The notes: generated by a model from the sequence alone, not told the origin. DNA of 64,000 nucleotides from Octopus vulgaris (GCA_951406725.2 OX597816.1:99200001-99264000), one strand, 5' to 3'. Shown: positions 11,672 to 26,643, numbered from the stretch's first letter. Program-made: numbers and translations.

Positions 11672-14600
11672 CTAGCAGAGGTACCTGGCGTTGCCCGGTT
11701 ACATTCAATTGAAGAATTAGACTTTTCTGTTATATATATAATGGATACACACACACATATAAGTATATTAATATAAATACATGAAAGTACATGAAGTTTG
11801 TTAAAAAAAAAGGGGGGATCATGTATATACCTCCTGGCTGTTGAGATTATAACACCTAGTTGTAAACAATGTTCCTTGTTTTTCCTTGTGGAGCAAATAG
11901 AAAAAGGCTTCTTTTGGTTCCTACTCTTAAGCAGCCAACATACAGTTACCCATGCGAGAAGCAGGGCTATTCCAAGAAAAGACCAGCTACAGCGAGGGTT
12001 TGACCCTGAGATTTGTTAATGGACATGGCAAAGCTGACACGAAGGTGGGGTTTGCAGTCTTCTGAATGTAAATGGAATTTCTGCTCCTGATGGAGTAAGA
12101 GGAATTCTTGGAATAAAGACGTCATCACTTTTTCCACATCCAGAAAGAATGATCGCCTCGATAACGTGTGACATCATTTTCTTTATCACCAGTCTCTTAG
12201 CGGTTCCAGATTGCGGAGTAGCATTACAGGAGTTCCAACTTTAAGTGCTAATATGTGTGGAGGTAGTCCAGGAGGCTCCAGTGAATTGAGAAATTCAGGA
12301 GGATAGTTCAGAACTTCATTTATATCTGGAATTGTATTAACAGACTTGTAAGTGTGTATAGTGTCGGGAAGAGAATGCATTAGCTGTTGATTAATTTTGT
12401 TAACAGCGACGTTTTTTGGAGCTAATATTGCTCTTTCACACAGCCAATTATGATTTTGGTAGTTTTTTGTGAAGTTGGGAAAGACTTTGTTTTTGGGGTC
12501 ATCTACAGAATTAACAACAGAGGAAAATGACCACGCTTCCATTTGTCCTGCAGCATCGAGAGGCATCTTGCCTTCACCAAGTGTGAAAATGTCCTGTGCA
12601 AACTTTGTGCATTTTGTCGCCGTGTAGCTGAGCTCTCATGTTAGTGGTGAGACTGAGGATTGTAACATGATGCCACAGAGTAGAGGACTGTAGGCATGCT
12701 TGGATTTCATCTGCTCTAGTGCCTTTCGGAATGACAGGAAGAGTTTGCCTCAAATCACCTGACAACAGAAGCGTTACACCCCCCCATTGGAGCCTGACAG
12801 TCTCGGATGTCTTTCAGGGCTCTATCCAATGCTTCCAAAGCTCCCTTGTGAGCCATAGTGTACTCATCCCAGACAATTAGATGACACATTTTAAGTACTC
12901 GTCCCTGATCTGAGCTTTTGTTGATGTTGCATGAAGGCATTTCGGATGCTGCTAAATTGAGAGGAGTTTAAAAGTTGAGTGTGCTGTCCTGCCACCGGGT
13001 AACAAAGTAACTGCAATGCCAGAGGAGGCTATGCTGCCTAACTTCTGCAAAGAGAAGCTTTGTAATAAATGTTTTTCCTGTCCCCCCCAGGAGCATCGAG
13101 GAAGAAGATTCGTCCCTCGCGTTGACGTACGCTGTTAAGAATAGTTATGTAGACCTGCAGCTGATCCGGAAGTAACTTAGGCTCATTTTCAACAATGTAC
13201 TTTGAAAGCGCTTGAGTGTCGTAGGTTGTTTCACGAATGACAGCAGTGGGAAGGCTATTTGACCCAGACCTGAATGCTTGTGGCAGGCCATACATCGACA
13301 ATTCATTTCCGCCCAGTTTAGCAATTCTGTCTTCAATGTCAATGAGTGTTTTGTTATAGATTTCATTGCTGATACCCTCCATGTCAGAATAGAGCAGTTG
13401 AGCTTGGCGCTGAAAGTCTTCAGCCAGGTCTCTATATTCGAGCCATAGAGTGGCCGGATCACACAGTTCGCATGCCTGTAGTAATACTGCAAATAGTGCC
13501 CTGAGACTTTTAGGTGATTGTGATAAAGCAGCCTCTCCTAAAGTTGCATCCCATTGTGCACCATCTTCTGACAGACCTTGTCGATAGCAGGCTTCTCTGT
13601 ATGCTGTGCAGACATGTCCATGAACGGATTTTAGGGCCTGGAAAGACGTTGGCCCTATGACCTCATGCTGTAGTAGACGAAGGTAGAAGCACCCTTGTTG
13701 AGTGGGATGCAGTGTATACTCACCCAAGGCAAGTGTGAAACTTCATGCCAGGGTATCCATGAACATTTTGATCTGCTTTCCGTGGGGCCCATTTTTTTCC
13801 ATTCCAAGTGTAGTACGATGGATCCATTCGCTCAAGGTTTGAGCGAATGGATCTACTTGACAAAGCTTGAAGAATGCAGTGAGTGTACTATCCCTTGGTT
13901 CCTCTGCCAACAGAGAAGCATTAGCATCGGTGAAGTACACTATTTGACCATTTTCCAGGTGCACTGCAAGCTGTTGAATGGCGGGGTGTCGTTGGTGAAT
14001 TGGAAAGCCAAAGATACGCCAGAAAGCCTCGTTGCTACTCTTGTACCGTCCCATCTGATAATGCGTCACTTCATTCTGGCAGTATTCTTGTTGAAGTCCA
14101 AACATTGCAGCGTCAGATCCCTTGTTTAAATATTTACATATTTGCAAACGTACTTGATGGATTTAACAGAGTTGCAAAACTCAACGTTGATGTGGGCATT
14201 GAAAGTCTTTGACAGGAGTGGGCAGTATGGAACAATCCATCTATTATCAATACCGTGCTGTCCGATAGTTGCTGGAAATCTTTTTGAACATATGCTGTCC
14301 TTCAAGCATGGTGAGTTTATGTTGAATCCACGCCCACATGGACCATGTACCATGTTTACTTTAACTATTTCGTATAGCTCTTTTGTCTAAAGCTGGATCA
14401 GGAAACTCTGCAGAGATTATGTTGTCGATGTCATTGGAATTGATCTTCACTGAGATCCAAAGCAGAATATGAGCACGTGGAAGGCCCCTTTTTTGCCACT
14501 CGATTGTGTACATGTCACATTGTATGGGCTCAAAATGTATCACAAACTGGAATTGTAGGCCCGTCTCTCGCAATTTCGATCAATTGAATCTTGTCCTCCC

Positions 14601-15366
14601 TCTTGTATAGAGGTGCACAGCTGCAGCGAAATTCATTTTTGGACTTTCTTCTATCGAAGGCATTTTAACAAAATTGCTTCCGTAAAAACGGTGAAAATAT
14701 TATTAATTTCCCCAAACAGGGGCACAATTCAATTTTTAAACAATAACCAAAAGGGGAGGGTTACGGTTTACAATTATTTAACAAGTGCAACACAACAACG
14801 TTTCCCTGACGAGGAACCAACAAATGTGATTACAATAGTCAAACAGTAATAATAATAACAACAAACCTTTTTAAGTTATCCCCATTTATGTGAAACCACT
14901 TATTCAAGTTCAAGTCATTGATGCAATTTTATACGAATTGCTAATACACACACAAACACACATAATAAGGGTGAAAAATTGAATATTAATTTGATTAATA
15001 TGAATTGAAAACCAGTGGTGTAGCATATAAGACCATAGCGGATCTTCTTCTAGCAAAATGGATGACCACTTGTTAATGGTTCATCCCTGTTATATAATAC
15101 TTTCACTTTAATAGTTTCAGTATTAAAGTGAAAGTGTCTGCATTACAAAAGAGGTTTTTGTTTCACTTTTAACACGTAATACTGAAATAGTGGAGAAGAT
15201 ATGATATTGCTGTGGGGTCGCCTTAGGGAAAAATATTTTTTTTTGCCGATGACACTCCCCGGACCTTAAGTAAGGCATGTGTAAAATGTGAATGAAATCG
15301 GTTGTGTAGTTCTCAACTTTTAGGGAAAAACACAGACAGACACACATTCTCAGTTTTATGTATAGA
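11672..15366 (-). mobile_element. Helitron, 3.7 kb, both termini intact, internally deleted
   Basis: On the minus strand the 5' end is A|TCTATACATAAAACTGAG at 15366. The 3' hairpin CCGGGCAACGCCAGG is followed by TACCTCTGCTAG|T ending at 11672. The element encloses Rep-helicase fragments. Confidence 0.92.
11855..14530 (-). pseudogene. Frameshifted Helitron Rep (HUH) / Pif1-like helicase
   Basis: Rep motifs: YTIEWQKRGLPRAHILLW (HUH motif with H>R), MVHGPCG, HINVEFCNSVKSIKYVCKY. Helicase motifs: FFLDAPGG (Walker A, frameshifted), LIVWDE, GDLRQTLPVI, LPPHILALKVGTPVMLLRNL, FAMSINKSQGQT. The sequence is split over many ORFs. Confidence 0.93.
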
Positions 15367-15391
15367 TATATATATATATATATACATATAT

Positions 15392-15548
15392 ACGAGCTTC
15401 TTTCAGTTTCTGTCTACCAAATCCACTCGGATAGCTTTGGTCGGCCCGAGGCTATAGTAGGAGATAATTACCCAAGGTGCTACGCAGTGGGACTGAACCC
15501 GGAACCATGTGGTTCGTAAGCAAAGTACTTACCACACAGCCACCGCTA
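15392..15548 (-). mobile_element. 5' half (tRNA-like head) of the SINE family at 10095-10540
   Basis: GCTTCTTTCAGTTTCTGTCTACCAAATCCACTC...GCAGTGGGACTGAACCC...CTTACCACACAGCCAC. Confidence 0.85.
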
Positions 15549-18237
15549 CGTCTATAATTTTTTTTTTGTCACAACTAATTAATCTAGTCGTTTATTTCTA
15601 CCGAAGCTTCTTATACTAATACAATAAATTAGCAAAGACATTTCGGTAGCGAAAATTTCCTTATATCGCAATATTTGAATCATAGGGCTATGAAATTCTA
15701 AATAGAGTAAACGAAAAGGATTGCATTGTGTCAAACTGTTAACAATGAATACTTCATTTGATATTCTATGAGCCAGCAATATCCTGAGAGTTGGACATTG
15801 ACTTTGGAAATACTGTGAGATAGAAGTGCAGGGCGGTAATATTCCTGTGTCGCATTTTTCATTCCAGTCTTGTGTGAAGAAGTTAAAAACTGAGCAAAAA
15901 TACGTATTTCATAGCACTTATATGATGAGTAATTCAAGAATGCATTTAATCTAGCACTGCATTCTAATAAGTTTGTAATGCTATTAGATACGAGTGTCGA
16001 CATTGCGACCCGTCGTACACACGTACATCCCGGTGGAATGAGACAGTTATAACTAAGTGCGTTGAACAGCGTCACTTCACCATTGGCTTCTTGCACCAAT
16101 GATAGAAAAGAAATTGTCAGTCCCACCATATTTTACTTGCTTAATTACTACCTAAATACAAAAAACACAATTGATAGCTCAGTAATTTACCAAAGTCTGA
16201 GAATCTGCAACGAGTCCATCTGTACTCTAACAAATGTTATCAGGTCGATAATATTCATGAGGGAATCTATTCCATAGTAATTCAGTTAATCGTGTAAATT
16301 TTGATTAACTCTTGTCTGTATCTATGGCAACGGTATTAATCCACATACTGCAGCTCTTTCACTCCCCTCCAATGAATTTATTTAATAAATTAATTCACAC
16401 TTGCCTTTGAGTGTTCAATTTAGCAGACATAAATTAACGATTAAAGAATGATCTTATGTCTTCAATTTGTTAATTAAATGTTTGCTCTCATCTTGAGCAT
16501 TCACAAATTCCCACTCGGAAGCTGTCTGCTTCTATGGTCATATTTAAACAAACGCATTGTTGAACGAAGCCTTTTTGCGCATGAACTTCTAACATCATTG
16601 CATTGTTTTTTGTTTTTGTTTTTGTTTTTTGTTTACTTCTTTCCTTTTACTTTTAATACAACTTAGTATTTTCTATGTTGCGGCAATTAAAAGTCAGATG
16701 TCTTTTGTTTGATTTTTTTCTGATTGAATTTCTTTGTTCTTCCTTGACGCAAGTTAAATTCAATTTTTCATATTACTTTTACTTTTCATTATAATAAATC
16801 AAGCATTTTGCGAAAACAACGGCTGTTCTTGTTTCAAAAAGTAAACAGGATAATCAATAAACTCACAAATTTTGTCGATCAGAAAAAGCATTGAAAAAGA
16901 CGAAAAAAAAAAAGACTCAGGGCGGAAAGTATTTAATGTCTATCAAAATAGTTTCAAGGATTTATTTTACTTTACGCATTTTTTCAATTTATTTATTTCA
17001 TTTTCATTCATTTATTATTAGTGTTTATATTTGCGTTCAAAATTTTATATTTTGCCTTCGACTTTGTAAAATACTCCGTTTATCCTTATGCTTTTTATAA
17101 GAAATTTAATATAATCTGTGATTCTTTCTTTACATCAGGAATTTTGTCATCGTTTTACAAAACTCAAGTATTTTGTTTTCAGAAACATTTTATAAAACAT
17201 TTACTCTGCCGCCTTCATTTGTCAAAGAAGAATAAATGATTTTCCTGTGGGAGGTGATTACAATAAGATAGAAGGATGCACGACGTTTTTAATTAGAAAG
17301 TTTAGGCATCCACAACAGTAAATCGTCAAGCAATCGATGTGCCTGGAGCCAATAGGTTGATGTTACGTGTACAGTAAGTACACACACACATACATACACA
17401 TATATACACATACACACACAAACACACATATACATATATATATATATATTATACACACACACACATATATACGTTTGTATGTATGTATATATACTCGTTT
17501 GTGGAAATAAAGAGGATGTATTGATGTGATTGTATTATGTTATTAGCGCTCATAATTTAGGTTTATCGTGCTTTCTGTTGTTCCAATTGTCTTTTTTTTA
17601 TTCGGTATTCTCATTGTGCAACATAGCACTGTTCTGGGTTTGCTTCGTTGCGGTGTTTGCTGTATGCAGACCCTATCATTGCTACATTTGGCATTTTGTT
17701 ATTTATTTGTTTGCGTCCTTTTTCAATATTTTAAAGGCACCTATTATTATAAATTATGTTTGTTTTTTATTCCCCATATCCTGTTTAACTCTATTCTCAA
17801 TCCTGCTTGCTCATATTTCTAAGATATACGACTATTTGTGGTGATTTATATGTCGATCTCAAACCACTTTCAACGTTCAAGACAATAGTCCTTCGATTTC
17901 CATAAGCAAACTGTGTTACGATGTTATTTTTATCACACTCTAAAAGCAACCCTTTAAATATGTAAATTGGTATATCCAATAACGTTACATACCCACCTAT
18001 ATGTAGTGGCTATTTAAGCAAGGAGTTCTTGGATAATTAATGGGTTGATGAGTGCTGATGAAGGAACTAAAACTCACGAAATATGACTCATTACTTATTT
18101 TTTATTCCTCATTATTTGCTTACATCTGGTGTGTCGGATATAAAACGTCGTAACAAAATCAGAGCTGTCTGAAATTTCTATGGAAAATCTGTAGAGATAT
18201 TTATCATCTCCTTCGTGTGTTTGTGTGTGTGTGAGTG

Positions 18238-18281
<44 letters not shown>

Positions 18282-18599
18282 TTATACTGTCTTTTTGCTG
18301 CTGATATTTCACAATGCCATCACACTCTGCACTGTACAAAAGCTCCGAATCTGACTTGCTTGTGTGCGTCTTTGTATGTACGTATGTATATATGTGTGTG
18401 TGTGTGTGTGTGCGTGTGTGTATGCGTATGTGTGTATGCATGTGTGTGTGCATATGTGTGTGCATGCATGCATGTATGTATGCATGCGTGTGTAACGCTG
18501 TATGTAGGTACGTACATATGCTTGTTTCCGTTTCTGTCATTCAAAAATGTAATAGAATAAGCAAACACAACTAGTAATGATATCAGAACCAGGAGCATA

Positions 18600-19450
18600 T
18601 GACTGTATAGCAATGTTCTTAACCACTCTGCGATGTCTGCTCTGTACTGTGACCTTTATCTATCATCAGCTTCATTATATGCTTTCGGTTGTTTCTGGTT
18701 ATCCTGTGACTCATTTTAAAAAGCCTCCAATAGCCCGAGTTTTTCGTCCTCGTAAATTTCTTTTTGTTACGTATTGGCAATCATCTTACCACGGTTTTCT
18801 CTAGTCCCACAAATAGCTTTCTTTTTTTTCTATTTTACAGTTTGTGTAGGTATTTTCTTCACATGTATCGGTTACATAAGCTTTTGTTGTTTATTGCTGG
18901 CGTTTTGATGACAGAAAATATCTGTTGTTTTCCACGCATTATTACTTTTAGAATTACATTGCCGTTATATGGATAATATTTTTAACCTACAGTAGATATT
19001 TTAATTTCTCTGGTTATAGGAAGCACCTATTTCCTATTTTGTCCAACTTTGTACTGCATTATATTTTTAGATTTCTAATGCATTATCTTAATGAGATCAT
19101 TTTGTTTTCGTTTTCTTGTTTCTTCTAGTTTTGTTTTACGTCTAACCACCGAAAGTGTTAACATATTACCTTATTTTATATACTTAATTTCTGTTTTATT
19201 ATTTTTTAATATGTCCCCATAGCCTTTTCCTTGATATATATTTTACAGTGTGTGTGATTTATTAATTCGTAAGTGTTTGTAAGTCAGTGTTTTGTCCACA
19301 TTTTGTATCTCTATTGAATATTAGACTGTATTAATTTCACCCTTTTCAAAGTTATATTAGTGCAGTTTTCTGAGCAGAATTTCATAGCACTTCTTCATGT
19401 AAACATATGTAAAAACCAAATGAATCTATTTCTATTTATTTGGTATTTGC
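18600..19450 (-). mobile_element. Possible heavily decayed RTE-type RT fragment
   Basis: Only weak minus-strand remnants such as ISRKRLWG, spaced roughly as in an RTE RT. Very degenerate. Confidence 0.3.
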
Positions 19451-19934
19451 AGAGTAAAAGTTAAGGCTATCCAAATAAAGTAGTTGATTGCTGAACTCAG
19501 AAGCTATGTCTGTCCAACTCCAGTCTAGTTTAAGAAGGTAGTTATATCAAACAATAAGAAATGAGGAAAGGAAGTCATCGACGAATAGTCTTCTGATAAT
19601 AGGGATGCGATTCAATTTTATAGTTACAGTTTAACATAGCATCAGCTGAATTGTTTATCATTTATTCATGGCATGCTTGATATGCTTGCGTCTTACCACA
19701 ATTTCATGGCGGTATCGAAGAATTTGGACTCTGAAAGTAATTGGAGAATTAAATGACAAAATGCGATCGGAGACTTTTGCTGCCTTATATTATTTGCGTC
19801 TCCAACCACTCTGAAAATTTGCTCTATTTAAGTCGGCCAAATTTCCCATTTACTTTGCTTGAAATCAGACTACCAGTACTGAATACATAAACACATTCAT
19901 AAATGCATACATAGGGACAATGATAGGGATAAAG

Positions 19935-20330
19935 AAATTAGACATACTAAATATATTAAATATATTAAATATAATAGTTTCGGCATGAAATATAGAATAT
20001 GCATATATGCAAAACGAGAGAAAACAAAAGCTGGAGACTTTTAGATGCTGAATTTTTAATTATAAATATATAGATATTTATATTAATAGCTCCAAATTAC
20101 TCAGAGTACAAACGAAAATTAAAGGGGAGAAAGACAGACGTTATAAATTCAATAGCTGATTCTGGGGGCTCGGAGATTCATAATAATATTGGTAAATGTA
20201 GTTCATCACAATATCCAGGCGTATGGATGCAATTAACATTAGATAAGACGACACACCGTAGTCTAAGTTTGAATCTTTTAAGCACTACCTAATGTTGTCT
20301 ATATGAAGAATCTTTGGATATCAGACGTGG
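19935..20330 (-). mobile_element. Repeat related to 54120-54845, probable PLE 3' end
   Basis: Shared blocks ATATATGCAAAACGAGAGAA, CGTATGGATG and AGTCTAAGTTTGAATC. The minus strand gives LHPY/IHPYG, resembling the end of a PLE GIY-YIG domain. Confidence 0.55.
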
Positions 20331-20361
20331 ATTATATACACACATATATAAATACATGCAT

Positions 20362-20363
<2 letters not shown>

Positions 20364-20408
<45 letters not shown>

Positions 20409-20837
20409 TGTACATATAATATACATATATAGATATAGATAGATAGATAGATGTACATATAATATACATATATATATAGATAGATAGATAGATGTACATA
20501 TAATATACATATATATATAGATAGATAGATAGATGTACATATAATATACACATATAGATAGATAGGTAGATAGATAGATGTACATATAATATACACATAT
20601 ATATAGATAGATAGATAGATGTACATATAATATACACATATATATAGATAGATAGATAGATGTACATATAATATACATATATATATATATATCCATGCAT
20701 GTATTTATATGTGTGTATATGTCTATATATATATATATATATATATATACATTCATATATTGATATATAAATATGTATGTATGTATGTATGTATATATAT
20801 ATGTGTGTGTGTATATATATATATATATGTATGTATG

Positions 20838-20900
<63 letters not shown>
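20364..20900. repeat. Composite (TA)n/(GATA)n array with an approximately 42-bp higher-order unit
   Basis: The anchor GATGTACATATAATATACA recurs seven times between 20407 and 20680. Confidence 0.9.
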
Positions 20901-20901
<1 letters not shown>

Positions 20902-22435
20902 ACTTAGATATGTTTCGACCAAAGATTGGTCCAGGTCATGTCCAACTTAATAGCACCACCTTATAAGATTATCTAAATCCTGCCTGTTTAAGTCAAATTT
21001 TGTTTATGGTCCATTCGAGCAGTGAGTTCTTGTTGAGTGAGTTATATACAGGTATGAGTGGCTTATCCGGTATTCCTTGAAGAAATCTGTCCACACTCTG
21101 TTTAATGTTGATGGGATCCTTTTCCTCTTTGATCTGTTTCGGGACAATGTTAAACAGGGCAGGGCCTGTCGAGGAAAAGAAATTGTGTTGCAGTGTACCT
21201 ATATGCTGTGATCCTGAATTGGGCAGGGGACGTATGGCCCGTGGCCCCAGCCTTGGATGAACCTTGAAACTAATGTTCAGGTCGTTTGGGTAAAGTTGGC
21301 GGTATATTCTCCATATCGTACAAATGATATACCGCTCGAGGCGGCGCTGGAGAGAGTAGAGTTCCAAGGCTTTAAGGCGGTCCCAATAATCGAGAGCAGT
21401 CATGCCTTCAATTCGTTTAGTGAGTGCCCTCTGCGGTGACTCAATACTCCAGATGTTTTGTCTTGTATGGGGAGACCACAGTGGGCAGCAGTATTCGAGT
21501 TGTGGCCGTACAAAGGAGGAGAAAAGTGGTATGATGACACCTTGTTCTCTAGACCGGAAGGTTCTTAAGATCCAGGAGCCCATCCTACGAGCTATATCGA
21601 CCTTATTGTTGATGTGGGCACTTCAACTGAGATTGTCATCAACAATTACGCCCAGGTCTCTGATATTGTTAGAGGCTGTGAGCGGTTCCCCTGAAGGAAG
21701 AGAGTATGGCTGTTTTAGTGTGGACTTTCTTCCAAAATGCATCAGCTCAAATTTTCCCTCGTTCAGTTGCATTTTGTTTTTGTCTGCCCATTGACATCAT
21801 ATAGATTAGAGTGGAGTTGAGTTCGGTCTGCGTCTTCATTGATGATTTGCTGGAGCTTAGTGTCAACAGCAAATATTTTCACTTTCCAGTGATGTACGAC
21901 ACTGGAAAGGTCATTTATGTAAATTATAAAGAGGAGCGGGCCCAAGACAGTCCCGTGAGGGACACCGCTGGTGACTTTTGCTGGGCTTGAGTGGACTCCA
22001 TCGGCTACAACATGTTATGTTCTATTCGGCAGGAAATACTTAATCCAGGGTAGAAGTTTTCCACGGATTCCAACATTTGCTAATTTTGAGAGTAGGATAT
22101 TATGCTCAACCCTGTCGAACGCTTTACTGAAGTCAAGATATATGACATCAGAGTTCGAACCTGTTTCCAAGGCTTTAAGTATATCTTCAATGTGGTGTAA
22201 GAGCTGTGTTAGACAATCCCTGCCACAACAAAAGCCATGCTAATTTGCATTTAGGAGTTTGTGGGCCTCCAGGAAGTCAGCTATCCTTGATATTAACACT
22301 TTCAAACACTTTAATGATGTGGGAGGTGAGTGAGATTGGGTGATAGTTGACAGCGAGATATCTGTTTCCCTGTTTGAAAACCGGGATGACAGACTGCGAT
22401 AGAAGCTATTTCGGTATATAACCTGAGTCTAAAGA
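20901..22435 (-). mobile_element. 5'-truncated CR1-like LINE (decayed RT plus 3' end)
   Basis: Motifs: VIPVFKQG...NYHPISLTSHIIKVFE, YLDFSKAFDRV, SGVPHGTVLGPLLFIIYINDL, KIFAVDTKL (mutated FADD), FVRPQLEYCCPLWSP, NKNSLLEW. Stops and frameshifts are present, and the 3' end abuts a TA microsatellite. Confidence 0.9.
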
Positions 22436-22849
22436 ATTCAGGTTGTAAAAATTTTCAAAATAATAAAAAATTAATAACAATAAAAAAAATTGCAAGTTAC
22501 TGTTTCACCCTAGGTTAAAACTGTTCTACGACTATGATCAAAGTAATGCCAGCTGTGACTACAACTTTTTATATGCTGTGTCTTGGAATATGCTATTATA
22601 TAGTGTGCGGTTTTTAAATGGTTAAATAGGATTTGTGTTTTCAGAAAATTGAATTCTGTCCCATAGCGGCCCCATGTTAAGTCGAAAATCAAAAGCTTTT
22701 TCTGGCTGAATCTGAAGGAATGGGCAGTTCCCATGGCCTTCATCAGCCCTATGAGTCCACGGCGATTCATATCATTAATGTTCTTGAATCATTGCAAATG
22801 AACGACTTCTTAAATGGGCATGATATTCTGGGAAAGAATGATAAACTGT

Positions 22850-23330
22850 AATGATTAATACGTAATCTAAGGTGTAATATACAATAAGGGTGGTGAGAGG
22901 ACATGACATAGGTTCAGCAACATTCGAAAAGCAGTGATTATTAAATTATATTCAGAAAAAGTTGTGGCTGGATTATGTCTGTGAGTGACTTTATACCAGT
23001 TAGCAGGGGGACTCTTTTTAGATGCGCTCAAATATGTTACTATGTGCAGCAGAGACGCCAATCCATATGTTAGAGCAAAGCTTCATACTGGTCCTCAGCT
23101 AGCTATGTCCAGTGTCAATAATTGTTGGAATATGAAGTAACATCAGACTCTGAAACGAGAGTCAGTTATTGGGATGAAATATTAACTATGCTAAGTCTGA
23201 TCTTTTTATTTTCCATATGAGATGTCGTATTGTGATAGTAAGACCTTACATTTGAGTCGCTTTTTAAGTCTCTAGCGGCGTACTCCGCATGAGCCCATAA
23301 ATTTAGACATGAGAGGTGTCTGTGTTTATT
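22850..23330 (-). mobile_element. Possible decayed Penelope-like RT fragment
   Basis: Remnants IYGLMRSTPL (compare IYGLPK...PLRP), LVSESDVTSY (compare LVSFDVTSLF) and WYKVTH occur in the expected order. Confidence 0.4.
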
Positions 23331-24857
23331 TGCTATTGAACGGACAAGATTAGCATATCCTCATTGAATGATGCCTTCAATGTCTCGCTTCATGCAGTTG
23401 ATGTGTGTTTGTTAAGGTTGTGAGGGCACGATGCATGAATGGGAATTCAACCATAAATCTTACTATATAAGTTCTTAGTCCTTCAGAACAGGATTAATAA
23501 CATCATTACTCATAAATATATATATATATAAGGGTGGTGAATTATGTAGGGTGCAGTATCTAAAACTATTTTAAACTGACATATGTGCCATGATCGTTGA
23601 TCTATCAAATCGAGAACTTCAGATTTGTTCAAGAGTGATATTAACTTTACAACTAAATTACATCGCAATTATCTCTAAAAATCGTTTCACTTTTCCAATC
23701 ACCGATATTGTTTTAATCAAATAAACCAGATTCTTTTAGAGACTTCGGGAATCAATAACGTTTTTGTCGGCATGGTGAAATGTACAAATCTACAGAGCTA
23801 CCAAATAAAATGACTAAGAATTTGCAATATATTTTATAAATTTTATTTTAAAATAGTATAATACCCAAACAAATTGATCCTATACACAATTAGATTGAAT
23901 AAATTCTACTTTCGCTAAAACGAGAATGATTTAAGACTCTTAACATTTCATGAAGCTCCTACAATAAATTGACATTAAAATCAATAGTTTCTGTCTCCTT
24001 TGGGAGTTATAGCACAGGAAGGAAACCTTGTAGGTTTGTTATTTAGTAAGGGAAAAGTGCAAGGTATATAAAATCGGAAATAGATTTAGTTTTCCCTCTC
24101 TCAGAGTTGTGATATGTCATTTACAAGACAGAACTCTAGAATTAACAGCCATTTGCCTCTTGCAAACTTGTTCGTCACACTTTCAGAAGTACAGACAACA
24201 TTTTCTGATACGCACATGGATACTAAAAATGTAGAAGCACACTTAACCGCATACGGAAATATACAAATATGTATATTTACAAAGACACCCCACAGGTGTG
24301 ATCTGCATAAATAAGCATGCATCAGACATATATTATATGTGTAAGTCTTTGTGAATGTTTTGATATGAAAGAATATAAGTTATCAGACGGAAATTTTAAG
24401 AGAAAATGCTCAAAATCTATATTTTAGATCTTCAGCAAATGTCATACAACATATAACAACATCAGCAATACTACCGGTGGCGAAAGCAGTCATAACTCTA
24501 GAAGCAGCAGATGCAGCATTCACTTAACTAGCAGCCCAATGTGATGATACGTTAGCTAGCACATGATTAACCTTTATTTATTCAAGACGGAACTGATTAA
24601 TGAAAGCGAATAACATAAACTAGTTATCAAATCTGAAGCAGCGTTAGATGAATTAATAACTATAACAGTACATGATGATGATCGAAAAATATGTGAAGCA
24701 CACACACACACACATGTATATATCAAAGTAACGTCGCTTAGAGTTTTAAATACTAGCACGCTCTGATGTTTAAAATAAATGTAATGATCATCTGTTTAAA
24801 CTTGTATAGAGACATATGTATGTATGTATATATATAGTTTATATATAGCGTGCATAT

Positions 24858-24897
<40 letters not shown>

Positions 24898-26324
24898 TAC
24901 TTCATTATCACGTATTCAAACGCTCCAGAAGTACACACAGACGCTTAGTCATTAAAAAATACAGCATACACAAACATACTCACACATTCACACTGACATT
25001 GAGACACATAGAGTACTATATATATTGCAAGTAAGATGTTTTATCAGTAGTTATTTTATAGGTAGCGATAGAATTAATTTATCTAAGGAACAAAGATGAA
25101 AATCAATTTCGTCAATCCAATATTCTGCAAATTTTCTTCGGAACTGTGCTTTACTTCTTAAAATATGTGTAATTAGAAGACTAAAGCGTAACTAGTAAGA
25201 AATCACATTTTTCGCTTCACCAAGATATATATATGATACTATGTTAATATGAATAAAATCATCGTCGGGTGTATACTTTATAATGTGCACTCACTTAGAG
25301 ATTAACTACATATTATAATGCCAACAATATTTCGAAGTAACTACACAATGCATCTAGCATTAAATAAAATCACTATTGCAGAATTATCATACTGACATAT
25401 ATCTCCACGATTAGACACATGCATATTTCCATACATTTACGTACATTTATTTGGATGATGCTAACATTGATATGAAATTTCACCAGTCTCTGTCTCGTGA
25501 GCATCAATCATGTCTTGTTTAGAAGATTATGTTTTTCCAGACCAAGTGTATAAGATAAATTCAACATACCTATAAAAAAATGCAACAGTGAATCTCTGGA
25601 ACAACAAGTTGCAACCAACGAAAAAAAAAATATCGATTATATCTAGTTTCTATAGAAAATATTGCACATGTGATCAGCAGCTGATCACGAGTGCAATATT
25701 AGCGTACTACTGTCTAATGCGACGCCATGACTTTGCTTAAATATTATACAATGAAATCATTTAAAATTCTTAATATAAATATAGAAAATACCACAGCTGG
25801 TCAAGCCATAGACATATACCAAAGGTTGGGATATTTGTCAAACATTCACATAAAACCATTCGGCAAAAGAAAAAGTAATATGTTTTACACTTTTGGTAAG
25901 GAGGAAAAATGAGAATAATGTGAAGGTTTGAGGCTCAGCGTTCTTGCTGATATAAAACAATTTCCTTGATAATCACAGAAGAGGAGAATATTTACGAACA
26001 ACAATTTTCGAACAGCTAGCTACTATACCTGTATTAATAATTGACATTTGTTGTAATAACAATTTGTGCTGTTGGGCGAGTTCTTATATGATAAAATGGC
26101 ACTAGTTTCGTGTTTAACGGGAAGAAAGCGACCTCTTTACACACGCTTTACAAAGAGACTTCTAGTGGAAAAGTTAACATTTAGAAGCTCTGAGGTCGCA
26201 CATCTAAATGTACTTTTCGCTGTCCAAATACCAGCGATTAATCTCGCTTTTCCATTAATTAGAAAATGCCTTCACTTAATTAAAAATGAAATACAATATA
26301 TAAGCGTGCATAACAATATAAGAG

Positions 26325-26492
26325 CATATATATATATATATATTTATGCATACATATATATTATATATATATATATACATATTATATATATATATATATA
26401 TATATACATATAGATTATATATATATATATATACATATAGATTATATATATATATATACATATAGATTATATATATATATATACATATAGAT

Positions 26493-26582
<90 letters not shown>

Positions 26583-26643
26583 GATTATATATATATATAT
26601 ATATACATATAGATTATATATATATATATACATATAGATTATA

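Noticed and set aside
15988-16100. + strand YECRHCDPSY as a C2H2 zinc finger
   Set aside because: The two histidines are absent at the required spacing and the frame is short.
18050-18092. CTGATGA...GAAA hammerhead candidate
   Set aside because: Stem II does not pair and the NUH is missing. It is too degenerate to call.
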